A stretch of DNA of 64,000 nucleotides from Acidobacteriota bacterium (GCA_965248695.1 CBDFKD010000002.1:3936001-4000000); one strand, 5' to 3'. Shown: positions 9,510-21,073, counted from the stretch's first letter. Program-made: numbers and translations. Notes: generated by a model not told the origin, from the letters alone.

Positions 9510-10295
9510 TCAAGCGTCGGTGGCGAGTGCAGACAATCGCAGGATGGTTACCGTGCCCGCGGCTCGATAGCCGAGACGCTCGGCGAGTCGCTGTGACACC
9601 GGGTTGGCCGCATTCCACTCCGGCGTGATTCCGCGCCTCAGACAGTGAAGTAGCAGGTGCGCTGCCGTGACCGTTGCCAGGCCGCGACCTCTCCAGGACT
9701 CCGCGGTCGAGATCGCCACCTCGACGCGTTCAGCGCTGGCACCGTAGGAGCTCGCCACGCAGGCTAGCTGATCGCCGCTGGCGGCGACGTAGCCGACGCC
9801 GCGATCGATGAGCGCCTCCGCAGAATCGTAGACCTGCATGCCGTGCGGCGAGAGCTCGGGTCCCAGACTCTCCGCGTCAGCGAGGCTCATGCGACGCAGA
9901 TCGAAGCCGGCGGGAACTTCGTCCGACATGCGCGCAAGGGCCGCCTTGTCGAGCCGAGATGCATCAAAGCCCTGCATCGGGTCAGGGGTCGCGTTGTCGC
10001 CGTGAATCGCGACGATGAGGCGTCGCCACGGCTCGCCGGCGTAGACTATCTCCGTCGGCCGGTCGGCCTCGCGCACCAGAATCTCGGCGGTCGGGCTTTC
10101 TGCCTCCCCACCGAGGATGTGGTAGCAGCCCACCCGGAGCACTGCGGCTGTCGGTGCTTGGTCCGCAACGAGGTCAATCTCTCCGGCACGTCCTTCCAGG
10201 ACTGCGTCGATTACGGCTCGCAGCTCGGTATGGTGGTCGAACAGCGCCCAGACCTGGTCTGCTGCACGGTGCCCGCATGCCGGTTGAGCGCTCAT
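9510..10295 (-). CDS. GNAT family N-acetyltransferase
   Basis: EVAISTAESWRGRGLAT (acetyl-CoA motif A) and WNAANPVSQRLAERLGY; start uncertain. Confidence 0.85.
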   Translation of the reverse strand: MSAQPACGHRAADQVWALFDHHTELRAVIDAVLEGRAGEIDLVADQAPTAAVLRVGCYHILGGEAESPTAEILVREADRPTEIVYAGEPWRRLIVAIHGDNATPDPMQGFDASRLDKAALARMSDEVPAGFDLRRMSLADAESLGPELSPHGMQVYDSAEALIDRGVGYVAASGDQLACVASSYGASAERVEVAISTAESWRGRGLATVTAAHLLLHCLRRGITPEWNAANPVSQRLAERLGYRAAGTVTILRLSALATDA

Positions 10296-10481
10296 TGTGG
10301 GAGTCACCGAGGGCCGAAGAAACGAACGACACAACGTCAAGCCGCGATCTCTGTCATCGACAGGCTCGACCTAGTCAGGGGACAGACCGTACCATCGCAA
10401 AGCTGGCCGCCGACACGAGCCGAAGCCTCCCACTAGGCCCCCCGACACGGTGCCGGCGGCCACTGTAACCGACGTGCGGGA

Positions 10482-11327
10482 GTGAGTGAATTGAGCCAGC
10501 TAGCGATGCAAGTAGACGCCGTTACGCCGGTGATCGGTGCCGAGATCAGGGGCGTGGACCTGTCGGCAACGCTCGACGACGCCACCGTCGATGCGGTCTA
10601 CGACGTCCTGATGAAGCACCTGGTCATCTTCTTTAGCGATCAGCAGTTGTCGCCGCAGGACCATCTTCGCTTCGCCGAGTGCTTCGGCGAGCTCGACACG
10701 CCGCATCCCGTCTATCCGAGCGTCGAAGGGTTCCCTGGCATCACGCTGCTGGAGAACGATGCCGGGCGCCCACCCGACACCAACGATTGGCACACCGACC
10801 TGACGTTCAAGCCCGAGCCGCCGTTCGCCTCCGTGCTGTTCGCGCACACCGTGCCGCCCACCGGCGGAGACACGCTTTGGACGAACATGTACGCCACCTA
10901 CGAGGCGCTGTCGGAGGGCATGAAGACTCAGATCGACGGTCTCTCTGCGGTGCACGACATGGGCGGGTTCCGCAACGACTACGTGGCGAAGGGCGGCGTC
11001 GAGAGCCTCAACGCGGCCATGGCAAGCGTCGGCTCGGCCGTCCATCCGCTCGCGCCGACGCACCCGGTTACCGGCAGACGGTTTCTGAACGTCAACCAAT
11101 CGTTCACCCGCCAGGTACTGGGGCTGCTTCAGAGCGAGAGCGACCGCCTCTTGGCGTACCTGTTCGATCACATGAACCGGCCGGAGTTTCAGCTCCGCTT
11201 CCGCTGGCGTCCGTCCTCGATGGCGATGTGGGACAACCGCGTAACGCAGCACTACGCGGTGGCGGATTATCTGCCGCACTACCGACGCATGCACCGAGTC
11301 ACAGTGGTCAAGGACCGGCGCGCATGA
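10482..11327 (+). CDS. tauD: TauD/TfdA Fe(II)/2-oxoglutarate dioxygenase (taurine dioxygenase-like)
   Basis: IGAEIRGVDL, WHTD, GGDTLW, WDNRVTQHYA and RRMHRVT. Confidence 0.9.
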   Translation: MSELSQLAMQVDAVTPVIGAEIRGVDLSATLDDATVDAVYDVLMKHLVIFFSDQQLSPQDHLRFAECFGELDTPHPVYPSVEGFPGITLLENDAGRPPDTNDWHTDLTFKPEPPFASVLFAHTVPPTGGDTLWTNMYATYEALSEGMKTQIDGLSAVHDMGGFRNDYVAKGGVESLNAAMASVGSAVHPLAPTHPVTGRRFLNVNQSFTRQVLGLLQSESDRLLAYLFDHMNRPEFQLRFRWRPSSMAMWDNRVTQHYAVADYLPHYRRMHRVTVVKDRRA

Positions 11328-11431
11328 CTCCCCAGTTCGCCACCACACATTGGAGCCAGGTTCTGGCTGCCGGCGACTCGTCGGCACCCGACTCTCGCGC
11401 CGCACTCGAGTCGTTGTGCAGCGCCTACTGA
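11324..11431 (+). pseudogene. 5' stump (35 aa) of an ECF sigma factor
   Basis: MTPQFATTHWSQVLAAGDSSAPDSRAALESLCSAY* matches the FxTTxWS.V..A.....ALE.LC..YW N-terminus; it stops exactly at the Trp position; ATGA-coupled to tauD. Confidence 0.8.
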
Positions 11432-11711
11432 ACGTGCTCGTCGCGGTAGCCATCGAAGTGGACGTTGTCGAGGCCCCACGATTCCAGCTGTTCCTTGGCC
11501 CAGACGGCGGCCTCGTAATAGGCCGGGCTGCCGGTGAGCCGGGGGCCGAGACCATTCGCGTGTCGAGCGCTTCCGCTTCGGCTACCTGTTCGGGAGCGGC
11601 GCCCGATTCCTCGCCGAGCCCCGTCGGCAGCGCGGCCACACTCGAGGCGGTTGCCGCCAGCAGGGCGGCCGTGGTGGTTGCGAGGAGCAGCGATGGCTGT
11701 CGCCTATTCAT
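11425..11711 (-). pseudogene. 5' stump of a secreted M28-family peptidase with internal deletion/frameshift
   Basis: Signal peptide MNRRQPSLLLA...EALDTRMV, then in a shifted frame LGPRLTGSPAYYEAAVWAKEQLESWGLDNVHFD...* (GPRLTGSP motif). Confidence 0.75.
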
Positions 11712-13407
11712 GGCTCTGCTCCAGGGCACTGATCTCGACTCCGTACACGGTTGCTGCCTCCTCCACGGTGATGAATCCATTCAGAACGTCGTCACGTACG
11801 CGTTCTGGATCGCGCTCCCTCGGGTTGCCCCAGCCGCCGCCGCCGCCGGTGCGCACGCTGACGCGATCGCCTCGGTTGAACGGGCCCAGGTCGGCGAATC
11901 GTCCCGACGTGATCTCTTCACGATCGCTGCCCTCCCAGAGAACGATCGTGCTGGGGCCGGCGCGTTTGCCGCCGAACAGGCCCCAGGGCGGGCAGACGCT
12001 GTTCTCGTTGGCGGTTTGCACCAGGATCTCGTCTTCGGTCATCTCGTAGTCCCGGATCACCCCGAAGCCGCCCCGGAACTTGCCGGCGCCGGCGCCCTCG
12101 GGATTGAACGTGTAGCGCCGCATGAGGATCGGAAAGCGGCCCTCGATCACCTCGATCGGCGTGTTCGGGGCGTCGCCGTCGCCGACGAAGATCGTGCCGC
12201 TGGGCCCGTCGTCGTGGGGCAGCGCGCCCCCGCCGCCGTCGACGGGCTCGCCGCAGATGAACGGCTTGCCGGCGCGCGGATCCATGCGGTAGAAACTGGC
12301 GGCGCACAGCTGGTAGGTGCAGGCTGGGCAGAGTTCGGGAATTGCCTGCGCCAGCGCCCGTACCGTCAGGTGGATGACCATCTCGCCGACGTAGCCGTAG
12401 GAGTCGGACGGTGCCGGGTAGGAAGGGTTGACCACTGTGTCGGGCGGCATGGACACCGTGATCGGTCGAAGGTGTCCGTGGTTCATCGGTTCCATCGGCA
12501 TCAGCAGCGACTTGATGGCCACTTCGCCGAGGGCTTCGGTGCCCGGGCCTGGGTGGTTTACCGGTCCCTTGGTCACCGGGTCCGTACCCTCCCAATCGAC
12601 GAGAAGCTCGTCACCGTCCACCGTTACCGTGACTCGCATCGTGTAGGGCTCGTCGACACGGACCCCGTCGTGATCCATGACGGTCTCGGCGCGGTAAGCA
12701 CCATCGGGGATGGCGGTAATCTCGCGCCGCATGCGCTGCTCCGACTGATCGAAGACGATGGCCATCGCCGCGCGCAGCGTGTCGGCACCGTAGCGGTCAC
12801 AGAGGGCCCGGTAACGCAGCGCCCCGGTGCGACAGGAGGCGATCATGGCGTTGAGATCGCCCTCGACCACGCTAGGGAACCTGACGTTGGCTAGCACCAG
12901 GCGGTGTAGCTCACCGTTGAGCTGGCCGGCGTCATGAAGCTTGAGATGCGGGAAGATGAGCCCCTCCTGGTGGACGTCCGTCGACGTCGGGCACCACCCA
13001 CCGGGCGTTATCCCACCGATGTCGGCCCAGTGCGCCATGATGGCGGAGAATGCCTCCAGGCGGCCGTCGTGGAAGATCGGCATGTACACCACCGTGTCGC
13101 TGATGTGGGTGCCGGTGTCGTAGGGCTCGTTGCTGAGCACGATGTCGCCGTCGGCGAAGTTGTCCGCCCCGATGACCTGCAGACCGCTCCGTACCGTGCG
13201 CGGCAGGCAGCAGATGAACCCGGGCAGCCCGGATCCGTCGGCGAGCAGGTGGCCCTGGTGTGAGCTCAGGCCGACGCCGAAGTCCTGTACCTCGTAGATC
13301 AACGGGTTATGGGCCGTCTTGATGAGGCTGATCATCATCTCCTCGGCGACCGCCTTGATCGCACCGCGTATGACCTGGATGGTGATCGGGTCGAGCTCTG
13401 TCTTCAC
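11704..13407 (-). CDS. Hydantoinase B / 5-oxoprolinase B subunit
   Basis: LDPITIQVI, NEPYDTGTHISD, HWADIGG, HQEG, GAGKFRGG and TGGGGGWGNP; GTG start 13407. Confidence 0.93.
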   Translation of the reverse strand: MKTELDPITIQVIRGAIKAVAEEMMISLIKTAHNPLIYEVQDFGVGLSSHQGHLLADGSGLPGFICCLPRTVRSGLQVIGADNFADGDIVLSNEPYDTGTHISDTVVYMPIFHDGRLEAFSAIMAHWADIGGITPGGWCPTSTDVHQEGLIFPHLKLHDAGQLNGELHRLVLANVRFPSVVEGDLNAMIASCRTGALRYRALCDRYGADTLRAAMAIVFDQSEQRMRREITAIPDGAYRAETVMDHDGVRVDEPYTMRVTVTVDGDELLVDWEGTDPVTKGPVNHPGPGTEALGEVAIKSLLMPMEPMNHGHLRPITVSMPPDTVVNPSYPAPSDSYGYVGEMVIHLTVRALAQAIPELCPACTYQLCAASFYRMDPRAGKPFICGEPVDGGGGALPHDDGPSGTIFVGDGDAPNTPIEVIEGRFPILMRRYTFNPEGAGAGKFRGGFGVIRDYEMTEDEILVQTANENSVCPPWGLFGGKRAGPSTIVLWEGSDREEITSGRFADLGPFNRGDRVSVRTGGGGGWGNPRERDPERVRDDVLNGFITVEEAATVYGVEISALEQSHE

Positions 13408-13485
13408 GGGAGCCTCATGTGAGATTCTCTGGGTCGTTCGTCTGGCGTAGCGCATCGACGCGCCACTATTGCTAAGGGTTCAGCC

Positions 13486-15102
13486 GTGCTCAGGTCAAGC
13501 CGAGGACACCGGTTAGTGCGCCAGGCTGGCTGGCTGGCGGCGAGTGTGGTCGCGATCGGGTGGCCGCTGCTGGCCCAAGGCTGTGCCCCTCCTGCCGAGG
13601 GTTCGCGAGCCGTGGACCCGGCGGTGTTCAACATCGCGTCGGTTACCGAGGTGATGATCGGCTGGGACCCGGCGACGCACCCGTCCAACGAGGTCAAGGT
13701 GATGCCCCTGATGTACGAGGGGCTGACGCGCTACGACCCGGTGGCGGACTCCGTGCAGCCGTTGCTGGCCGAGAGCTACTCGTCTACGGCCGACGGCCTG
13801 CGCTGGACGTTCACGCTGCGAGAAGGGGTGACCTTCCACAGTGGCAGGCCGATGACTGCAACGGCGGCCAAGGAGGCGCTCGACCGAACCATCCAGATGC
13901 GGCAGTCGGCCGCCTACATCTGGGATGCGGTAGCGAGCATCTCGGCACCGGACTCGCGCACGCTGGTGTTCCAATTGCACTATCCAGCGCCCATCGATCT
14001 GATCGCTGCGGCTGCCTATCAGGCGGCGATCTACGACGTACATGCGGCGCCGCCGGACCGGCTGGCCGCCTGGTTTGCGGCAGGCAATGACGCCGGTACA
14101 GGCCCCTACACGGTGGACACATGGGACCGCGGACAGGAGATCGAGCTGCGGATAAAAGCGTACGACGGGTACTGGGGCGGATGGGAGCCGCGCCATTACC
14201 GCAACGTCGTCTATCACGTCGTGCGTGAGCCGAACACGGCCGCTCAGCTGCTTCGCGCCGGGAAGCTGCACTGGGCCGAGAAGCTCACGCCTCAGCTGTG
14301 GGCCTCGTTCGCGGACGTGCCGGGATTTCGGGCCACTTCCACTGCCTCGTTCCAGAACCTTTTCATGCTGCTCAACATGAAGCGTGGCGCGCTCGCCGAC
14401 CGGCGCGTGCGTCAGGCGATCTCCTACGCTATCGACTACGACGGCCTGGTGGCCGCATCGCATGGGGCGCTCACGCGGGCGCACGGGTTGCTGCCGCACG
14501 GCATGGTCGGCGAGTCGCACGACCTGCCGCTGTACGAATACGAACCGGATCGAGCGCTGGAACTGCTGCGGCAGGCGGGTTTAGGACCGGGTGGGGAGAC
14601 GCTCCATCTGCAGCTCGGCTATTTGCCCGAGGAGGCGGATGAAGCGCTGTCGGCGATGGTTATCAAGTCGAACCTTGCCGCGCTCAACATCGTTGTGGAG
14701 ATCCGCCCGATGATCTGGGAGATGATGTGGGCGCAGGCGAAAGCGCCGGACCCGGATCGGGCGATCGACATGATGCTCATGATCTGGTGGCCGGACTACC
14801 CTGGCCCGCCCAACTGGTTCGCGCCGCTCTTCGGTACCGAGGATCCGCCCCACTACAACGTGACGCGATTCTCCGATCCCGAGCTCGACGAAGTCATGGC
14901 CGAGGCACAGCGTCTCCTCGGAATCGATCGCGCGGCCGCTACTGCGCTGTATCGGCGGGCGCAGATCCGCCTCCTCGAAGAAGCGCCAGCGGTCCTGCTG
15001 GGGGACATAGCTTACCAGCGCGTGATGTCGGACGCGGCGGCCGCGTTCGTCGACAATCCGGCCTACCCACACGTGGTCGCAGTGCGCGAGCTCAGCCGCT
15101 GA
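13486..15102 (+). CDS. ABC transporter substrate-binding lipoprotein (family 5, peptide/nickel)
   Basis: Lipobox-like AQGC, YEGL, PLLAES, FTLREGVTFHSG, GTGPY and VRQAISYAID. Confidence 0.92.
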   Translation: MLRSSRGHRLVRQAGWLAASVVAIGWPLLAQGCAPPAEGSRAVDPAVFNIASVTEVMIGWDPATHPSNEVKVMPLMYEGLTRYDPVADSVQPLLAESYSSTADGLRWTFTLREGVTFHSGRPMTATAAKEALDRTIQMRQSAAYIWDAVASISAPDSRTLVFQLHYPAPIDLIAAAAYQAAIYDVHAAPPDRLAAWFAAGNDAGTGPYTVDTWDRGQEIELRIKAYDGYWGGWEPRHYRNVVYHVVREPNTAAQLLRAGKLHWAEKLTPQLWASFADVPGFRATSTASFQNLFMLLNMKRGALADRRVRQAISYAIDYDGLVAASHGALTRAHGLLPHGMVGESHDLPLYEYEPDRALELLRQAGLGPGGETLHLQLGYLPEEADEALSAMVIKSNLAALNIVVEIRPMIWEMMWAQAKAPDPDRAIDMMLMIWWPDYPGPPNWFAPLFGTEDPPHYNVTRFSDPELDEVMAEAQRLLGIDRAAATALYRRAQIRLLEEAPAVLLGDIAYQRVMSDAAAAFVDNPAYPHVVAVRELSR

Positions 15103-17122
15103 GGATCAGGTTGCCGTAGGTGTCGACTTCGAGCTGCTGGTCCGATCCGACCAGGGTCGTCGAGGTCCACTCCTGCACGATCGCGGGACCCGGCAGGCGG
15201 GTTCCGGGGCCGAGCGAGGTGCGGTCATACACCGGACAGTCGCAGGCGCTGTCGGCGCCGGCTAGCAGGACGCGGCGTGAGGCGACCGGTTCGGCGACCA
15301 CCTCGCGGGTCGCTAGAGCCTCGATGCGCGGCGGCGATGTCGGCACGGTGGCCTGAACACGCAGGTTGACGAGCTCGACGTCGTGGTTGGGCAGCGCGTG
15401 GGCGTAGGCTTGTTCGTGCAGGGCGTCGAAACGATCCCGGAGGGCGGAGAGCCCGTCGCTGGCCGCATCTGTATCCAGAATGGGCACCTTGACGGTGTGC
15501 TCCTGGCCGGCGTAGCGTATATCTCCGAAGTGGTGGAATCGGCAGTCGGCAGTGTCGATTCCCTCGGTGCCCAATCGCTCTATCGACTCCTTGTCGAGGT
15601 CGGCCAGCAACCCGGACAGCGCAGCTGCTCCGAGGTCCGCGAGCGGGCGGACGATCGTTCGGACCGAGTCCTCGCGGTAGGCGGCGGTCAGCAAGCCCCA
15701 GGCGGAAAATGTCGCCGGGTCGATGGGGATGATCGCGCGTGGCATTGCCAGCTCGCGCATCAGCTCACCCGCGACCAACCCACCGCCGCCGCCATAGCAC
15801 AGCAGGACGAAGTCACGCGGATCGTGACCGCGCTCGATCGTGCTGCGACGAATGGCGTGGGTCATGTTCATGTTCGTCAGGTGCACGATTCCGCTCGCCG
15901 CCGCGGAGGTTTCCATTTCGAGCGGCTCCGCGATACAGGAGCGAATAACGGTCTCCGCGGCGGCGCGGTCGAGCACCATGCGGTTTCCCAGGTAGAAATC
16001 CGGGTCGAGGTATCCCAGTACCAGCTGAGCGTCGGTTACTGTCGGCTCGGTGCCACCGAGGCCGAAGCAGGCTGGTCCGGGCTCTGCCTCGGCGCTTCTC
16101 GGTCCGACCTGCAGGCCACCCTCGTCATCGATCCAGGCGATGGAGCCGCCGCCGGCGCCGAGCGAGACGATGTCGATCGTCGGCTGCAGCACCGGCCTGC
16201 CACCGATCGCCGTCTCCCCCTTCTCCAGAGGTTGGCCGCCTACGATCAGCGCCACGTCGAACGTTGTACCGCCCACGTCGGCGGCGACCAGATTCGGGCA
16301 GCCGAGTTCGTCACCCAGCGCGGTGGCGGCGATGACCCCGCCTGCCGGCCCCGATTGCATCGTGCGGATCGGCGCGCGTACGGCGCCACCCACGAAGGTC
16401 ATGCCGCCGGAGGACTGCATGATGGTGAACGGTCCGTCGAAATCGCGCTCCCGCAAGCCACGCTCGAGGCCTGAAAGGTACGCGCTCATCCGCGGTTGTA
16501 CGTACGCATTGAGTGCCGTGGTCGAGGTGCGCTCGAACTCCCGATGCTCGCGAACCAGGTCGGAGGAGACGCTGACGGACACGTCGGGCATGGCGTTGCC
16601 GACGATCTCGGCCATGCGCTGCTCGTGGTCGGGGTTGGCGTACGCGTGCAGGAAGGCGATCGCGATCGCGTCCACTTCCTGGGGCCGCAGCGCTTCCACG
16701 ACTTTGGCCGCTGCGGTCTCGTCGAGCGCTTCGATCACCTCGCCGCGAAAGTTCATGCGCTCGGCGACCTCGTGGCGGCGATAGCGGGGTACCAACGGTG
16801 GGGGCGGCTTGTAGAACAGGTTGTAGATCTCGGCGCGATTACCGCGTCCGAGCTCGAGCACGTCCCGGAAGCCGGCGGTGGTGATCAGGCCGACCCGTGC
16901 ACCGGACTCCTGCACGATGGTGTTGATCACCAGCGTCGAGCCGTGGATCAGCATGTCCAGATCGGAGGCGCGCAGATCCAGTCTCTCGATGCCCTCGTAG
17001 CTCCGATCCTGCAGCCGACCCGCCGCATGGACCTTGTTGATACGCGTGCGGCCAGACTCGTCGACGAGCACGAAATCGACGAATGTTCCACCGACGTCGA
17101 TGCCCAAGCGATTGTGCGCCAT
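15092..17122 (-). CDS. Hydantoinase A / 5-oxoprolinase ATP-binding subunit
   Basis: GIDVGGTFVD, HGSTLVIN, EFERTSTT, SGPAGG, DVGGTTFD, GAGGGSIA and GPACFG; GGGAG RBS. Confidence 0.94.
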   Translation of the reverse strand: MAHNRLGIDVGGTFVDFVLVDESGRTRINKVHAAGRLQDRSYEGIERLDLRASDLDMLIHGSTLVINTIVQESGARVGLITTAGFRDVLELGRGNRAEIYNLFYKPPPPLVPRYRRHEVAERMNFRGEVIEALDETAAAKVVEALRPQEVDAIAIAFLHAYANPDHEQRMAEIVGNAMPDVSVSVSSDLVREHREFERTSTTALNAYVQPRMSAYLSGLERGLRERDFDGPFTIMQSSGGMTFVGGAVRAPIRTMQSGPAGGVIAATALGDELGCPNLVAADVGGTTFDVALIVGGQPLEKGETAIGGRPVLQPTIDIVSLGAGGGSIAWIDDEGGLQVGPRSAEAEPGPACFGLGGTEPTVTDAQLVLGYLDPDFYLGNRMVLDRAAAETVIRSCIAEPLEMETSAAASGIVHLTNMNMTHAIRRSTIERGHDPRDFVLLCYGGGGGLVAGELMRELAMPRAIIPIDPATFSAWGLLTAAYREDSVRTIVRPLADLGAAALSGLLADLDKESIERLGTEGIDTADCRFHHFGDIRYAGQEHTVKVPILDTDAASDGLSALRDRFDALHEQAYAHALPNHDVELVNLRVQATVPTSPPRIEALATREVVAEPVASRRVLLAGADSACDCPVYDRTSLGPGTRLPGPAIVQEWTSTTLVGSDQQLEVDTYGNLILSG

Positions 17123-17226
17123 GCCATGCTCCCTGCGCCAGGAAGCGGCGATCCTAGCACGGTGATCGGCCCGCCAATGGGCCGCCGCTGTTGACGTAAG
17201 CTGCCAGCCGTGGGAAATGCCCTGCC

Positions 17227-18264
17227 GTGAAAGGCGACCGAACAACGATCATGCGCACCGTCGCACGCCGTCTGTTTGCCGGGGTGTTGGTGGTTCTCGG
17301 CGTGGTCGTCCTGACGTTCGTCATCTCTCGCGTCATCCCCAGTGATCCGGCGGCGGCATGGGTAGGCGGGCACGTCCCGGCTGACGTCCTGGAGCAGGTG
17401 CGACAGGAGCTGGGATTCGATCGCCCGCTGCGTGTGCAGCTGTGGGGCTACCTGAGCGGCCTGGTGGTGGGCGACTGGGGCACCTCGATCCGCACCCGGC
17501 GCCCGGTGCTGTCGGACATCGCGACGGGATTGCCCGCGTCGCTCGAGCTTGTAGTGGTTGCTCTGTTGCTGGCGCTGGCGGTGGGGATACCGCTGGGCCT
17601 GGTATCGGCGCGCTGGAAGGGGCGCTTGCCGGACGTCGTCGTCCGGCTGATCTCGGTGATCGGGGTGTCGATGCCCGTCTTCTGGCTGGCGCCGATTCTC
17701 CAGGGCATCTTCTTCGAGCAGCTCCGGCTGTTGCCGGTGGCTGGTCGCTACGACCCACAGCTGTACTACACGAGCCCGCTGACCAGCTACACGAACATGA
17801 CGCTGATCGACGCTGTCATCGGCCTCAACGGGCCGGTGCTACAGAGCGCCCTGCTGCATTTGATACTGCCGGCCGGCGTCCTGGCGATCTACCCGCTGGG
17901 CGTGGTCGCGCGCATGGTTCGAGCCTCGGTGCTGGAAACGCTCGGAGAGCCACACATCCAGATGGTCCGCTCGCTCGGTTTTTCGGAGGCGGTGGTCTTC
18001 GGCCGCTTCGCGTTGAAGCCGGCGCTCAACCCGGTCATCACCGTGACGGCGTTGATCTTTGCGTACTCGCTGGCCAACACCTTCCTGGTCGAAGCGATCT
18101 TCAACTGGCCCGGACTCGGAAGCTACGCGGCGCTGTCGGTACAGTCGCTGGACACGCCGGCGATCGTCGGTGTCACCATCGTGGTGGCTCTCGCCTATGT
18201 GCTCGGCAACCTGTTGGTCGACCTGGTGCAGGCGGCGATCGATCCGCGGATCCGGCTGCGATGA
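17227..18264 (+). CDS. ABC permease (DppB/OppB-like)
   Basis: GDWGTS, SMPVFWL, HLILPA and VEAIFNWPGLG. Confidence 0.93.
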   Translation: MKGDRTTIMRTVARRLFAGVLVVLGVVVLTFVISRVIPSDPAAAWVGGHVPADVLEQVRQELGFDRPLRVQLWGYLSGLVVGDWGTSIRTRRPVLSDIATGLPASLELVVVALLLALAVGIPLGLVSARWKGRLPDVVVRLISVIGVSMPVFWLAPILQGIFFEQLRLLPVAGRYDPQLYYTSPLTSYTNMTLIDAVIGLNGPVLQSALLHLILPAGVLAIYPLGVVARMVRASVLETLGEPHIQMVRSLGFSEAVVFGRFALKPALNPVITVTALIFAYSLANTFLVEAIFNWPGLGSYAALSVQSLDTPAIVGVTIVVALAYVLGNLLVDLVQAAIDPRIRLR

Positions 18265-19129
18265 GCGCCAGAAGAATCACGCCCGCGATCACCGCCACAT
18301 GGATCGCAATGCGGCACAACCCGTTGCTGGCGCTGGGATCGGCGATGGCCACGGTGATCTTGCTTCTGGCGCTCTCAGCACCGCTAATCTCGCCGGCGCC
18401 GGCCGATGCCGTCGCGGCCGTGCACCTGGAGGAGACGTTGCAGGCGCCGTCCTGGAGTCATCCATTCGGGACGGATCAGCTCGGGCGCGACGTCATGACC
18501 CGGGTGTTGTACGCCGCCCGCGTCTCGGTGCGCATCGCGGTGCTCGTGCTGCTGCTTGCCTGTCTGGTTGGCGTTCCCCTGGGAATCACGGCGGGGTACT
18601 TCGGCGGTGTCATCGACGACGTGATCATGCGCGTCGTCGACGTGTTCCTGGCGTTCCCGCCGTTGCTCCTGGCGCTGGCATTGGTGGCGGCGCTGACCCC
18701 CAGCGTGGAGTCGGCCACCCTGGCGCTGGCCGTCGCCTGGTGGCCGTGGTACGCACGCCTGGCTCGAGGTGAGGCTTCCTCGGTGGCCGGGAGGCAGCTG
18801 ACCGAGAGCTGTCGCGCCCTGGGCTTGACCGACGTTCGCATCATTGCCCGGCATGTGCTGCCCAACGCGGTGACCCCGATCATCGTGCAGTTGTCCCTGG
18901 ATCTCGGCGGCGTGATCCTCGTCGCGGCGGCGATGTCGTTCCTGGGCCTGGGAGCGCAGGACCCGACGCCCGAGTGGGGCCTCATGCTGAGCCAGGGTCG
19001 CTCGTACTTCACCACCCACTGGTGGGTCGTGACGTTTCCGGGAGTCGCCATCCTGCTGTCGGCGATGGCCTTCAACCTGATCGGCGACGGGCTCCGTGAG
19101 CTTCTCGACCCGAAGCGCCTGATGAGCTC

Positions 19130-19133
<4 letters not shown>
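18261..19133 (+). CDS. ABC permease (DppC/OppC-like)
   Basis: HPFGTDQLGRD, RHVLPN and SFLGLGAQDPTPEWG; true start ATG 18261. Confidence 0.93.
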
Positions 19134-19935
<802 letters not shown>

Positions 19936-19939
<4 letters not shown>

Positions 19940-20904
19940 GCTCACTGTTGGAGGTGCGCGATCTTCAGGTGCGGTTCGGAGACGTTCGCGCCGTCGACGG
20001 GGTGTCGTTCGAGCTCCCTCGAGGGCCCTTCGGACTCGGCCTGGTGGGCGAGAGCGGGTCGGGCAAGACGACCATCGCTCGCGCCGTGGCACGTCTGGTG
20101 TTGCCGGCGGGCGGCACGATCCGACTCGACGGTGAAGAGGTGCAGCATCTGCGCGGTGGGCCGTTGCGCCAGTATCGGCGTGCCGTGCAGATAGTCTTCC
20201 AGGATGCCGACTCCAGCCTCGACCCGCGGATGACCGTCGAAGCGACGCTGCGCGAGCCCCTGATCGCCCACCGGATCGTCGGTCGCGATGAGCTGGCGGC
20301 GCGCGTGCGAAAGCACCTGGCGGAGGTAGAGCTCGATCCGGAACACGCCGGCCGATACCCGCATCAGCTGTCCGGTGGACAGCGGCAGCGCGTCTCGCTG
20401 GCGCGGGCTTTGGCCGTCGGTCCGCGGCTGATGGTGCTCGATGAGCCGACCAGCGCTCTCGACACCACTGTGCAGGCGCGGATGCTCGAGCTCATCGGCG
20501 AGTTGCGCCACCGGAAGGATCTCGCGTATCTGCTCATCTCCCACAATCTCGCGGTGGTCGCCCGACTGTGTGAGGAGACGGCAGTCCTGTACCTCGGCCG
20601 GATCGTCGAGCGCGGCCCGACCGCAGCGCTACTCGCGGCGCCGGTGCACCCGTACACTCAGGCGCTGCGCACCGCCGTGCCGCAGTTGGCCGGGAGGCGG
20701 ACCAACAAGCCATCGGCGCTGGCCGGCGTCCTGCCGGATCCGGCTCAGGTGCCGGCGGGGTGTGCTTTCCACCCACGATGCCCGCTGGCACAGGAGCGCT
20801 GTCGCGTGGAGCGCCCGCTGTTGCGCGCGCTCGGGACCGATCACACCGTTGCCTGCCACTTCGCGGAAGACGCCCTTGCGGAGTGGGCTGCAGCACCCTG
20901 CTAG
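19936..20904 (+). CDS. ABC ATP-binding protein (DppF-like)
   Basis: GESGSGKT, LSGGQ, LDEPT, HPYT and C-terminal GCAFHPRC...C...ACH. Confidence 0.94.
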
Positions 20905-21073
20905 TGCGCAGTGCCTTCTGACGCGGATCGAAGTGAAGCTGCTGCTTGGCTAAATAGCAGGTAGAGATATTACATGCTTGCGTAGGTACGTAATAATCAG
21001 TTAAACTTATTTCCAGATAGTAATGGCCTTGATTGGCCGCCAAAAGCTACTCCTAAAGAGGTAGTTAGCCGCG

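Noticed and set aside
10440-10481. Cobalamin riboswitch-like GCCACTGTAA upstream of tauD
   Set aside because: Other conserved elements (AGGGAA, GGGAAG, B12 box) are absent.
10500-12894. Long ORFs 10500-11780(-) and 11350-12894(+)
   Set aside because: Antisense shadows of tauD and hyuB, typical of high-GC DNA; only the 11425-11711 portion is a real remnant.
21020-21073. c-di-GMP riboswitch before the GGDEF-EAL gene
   Set aside because: Only a CAAAAGC...CTAAA hint; the GGCAAA/GAAA P2 arm is missing. An Rfam scan would settle it.
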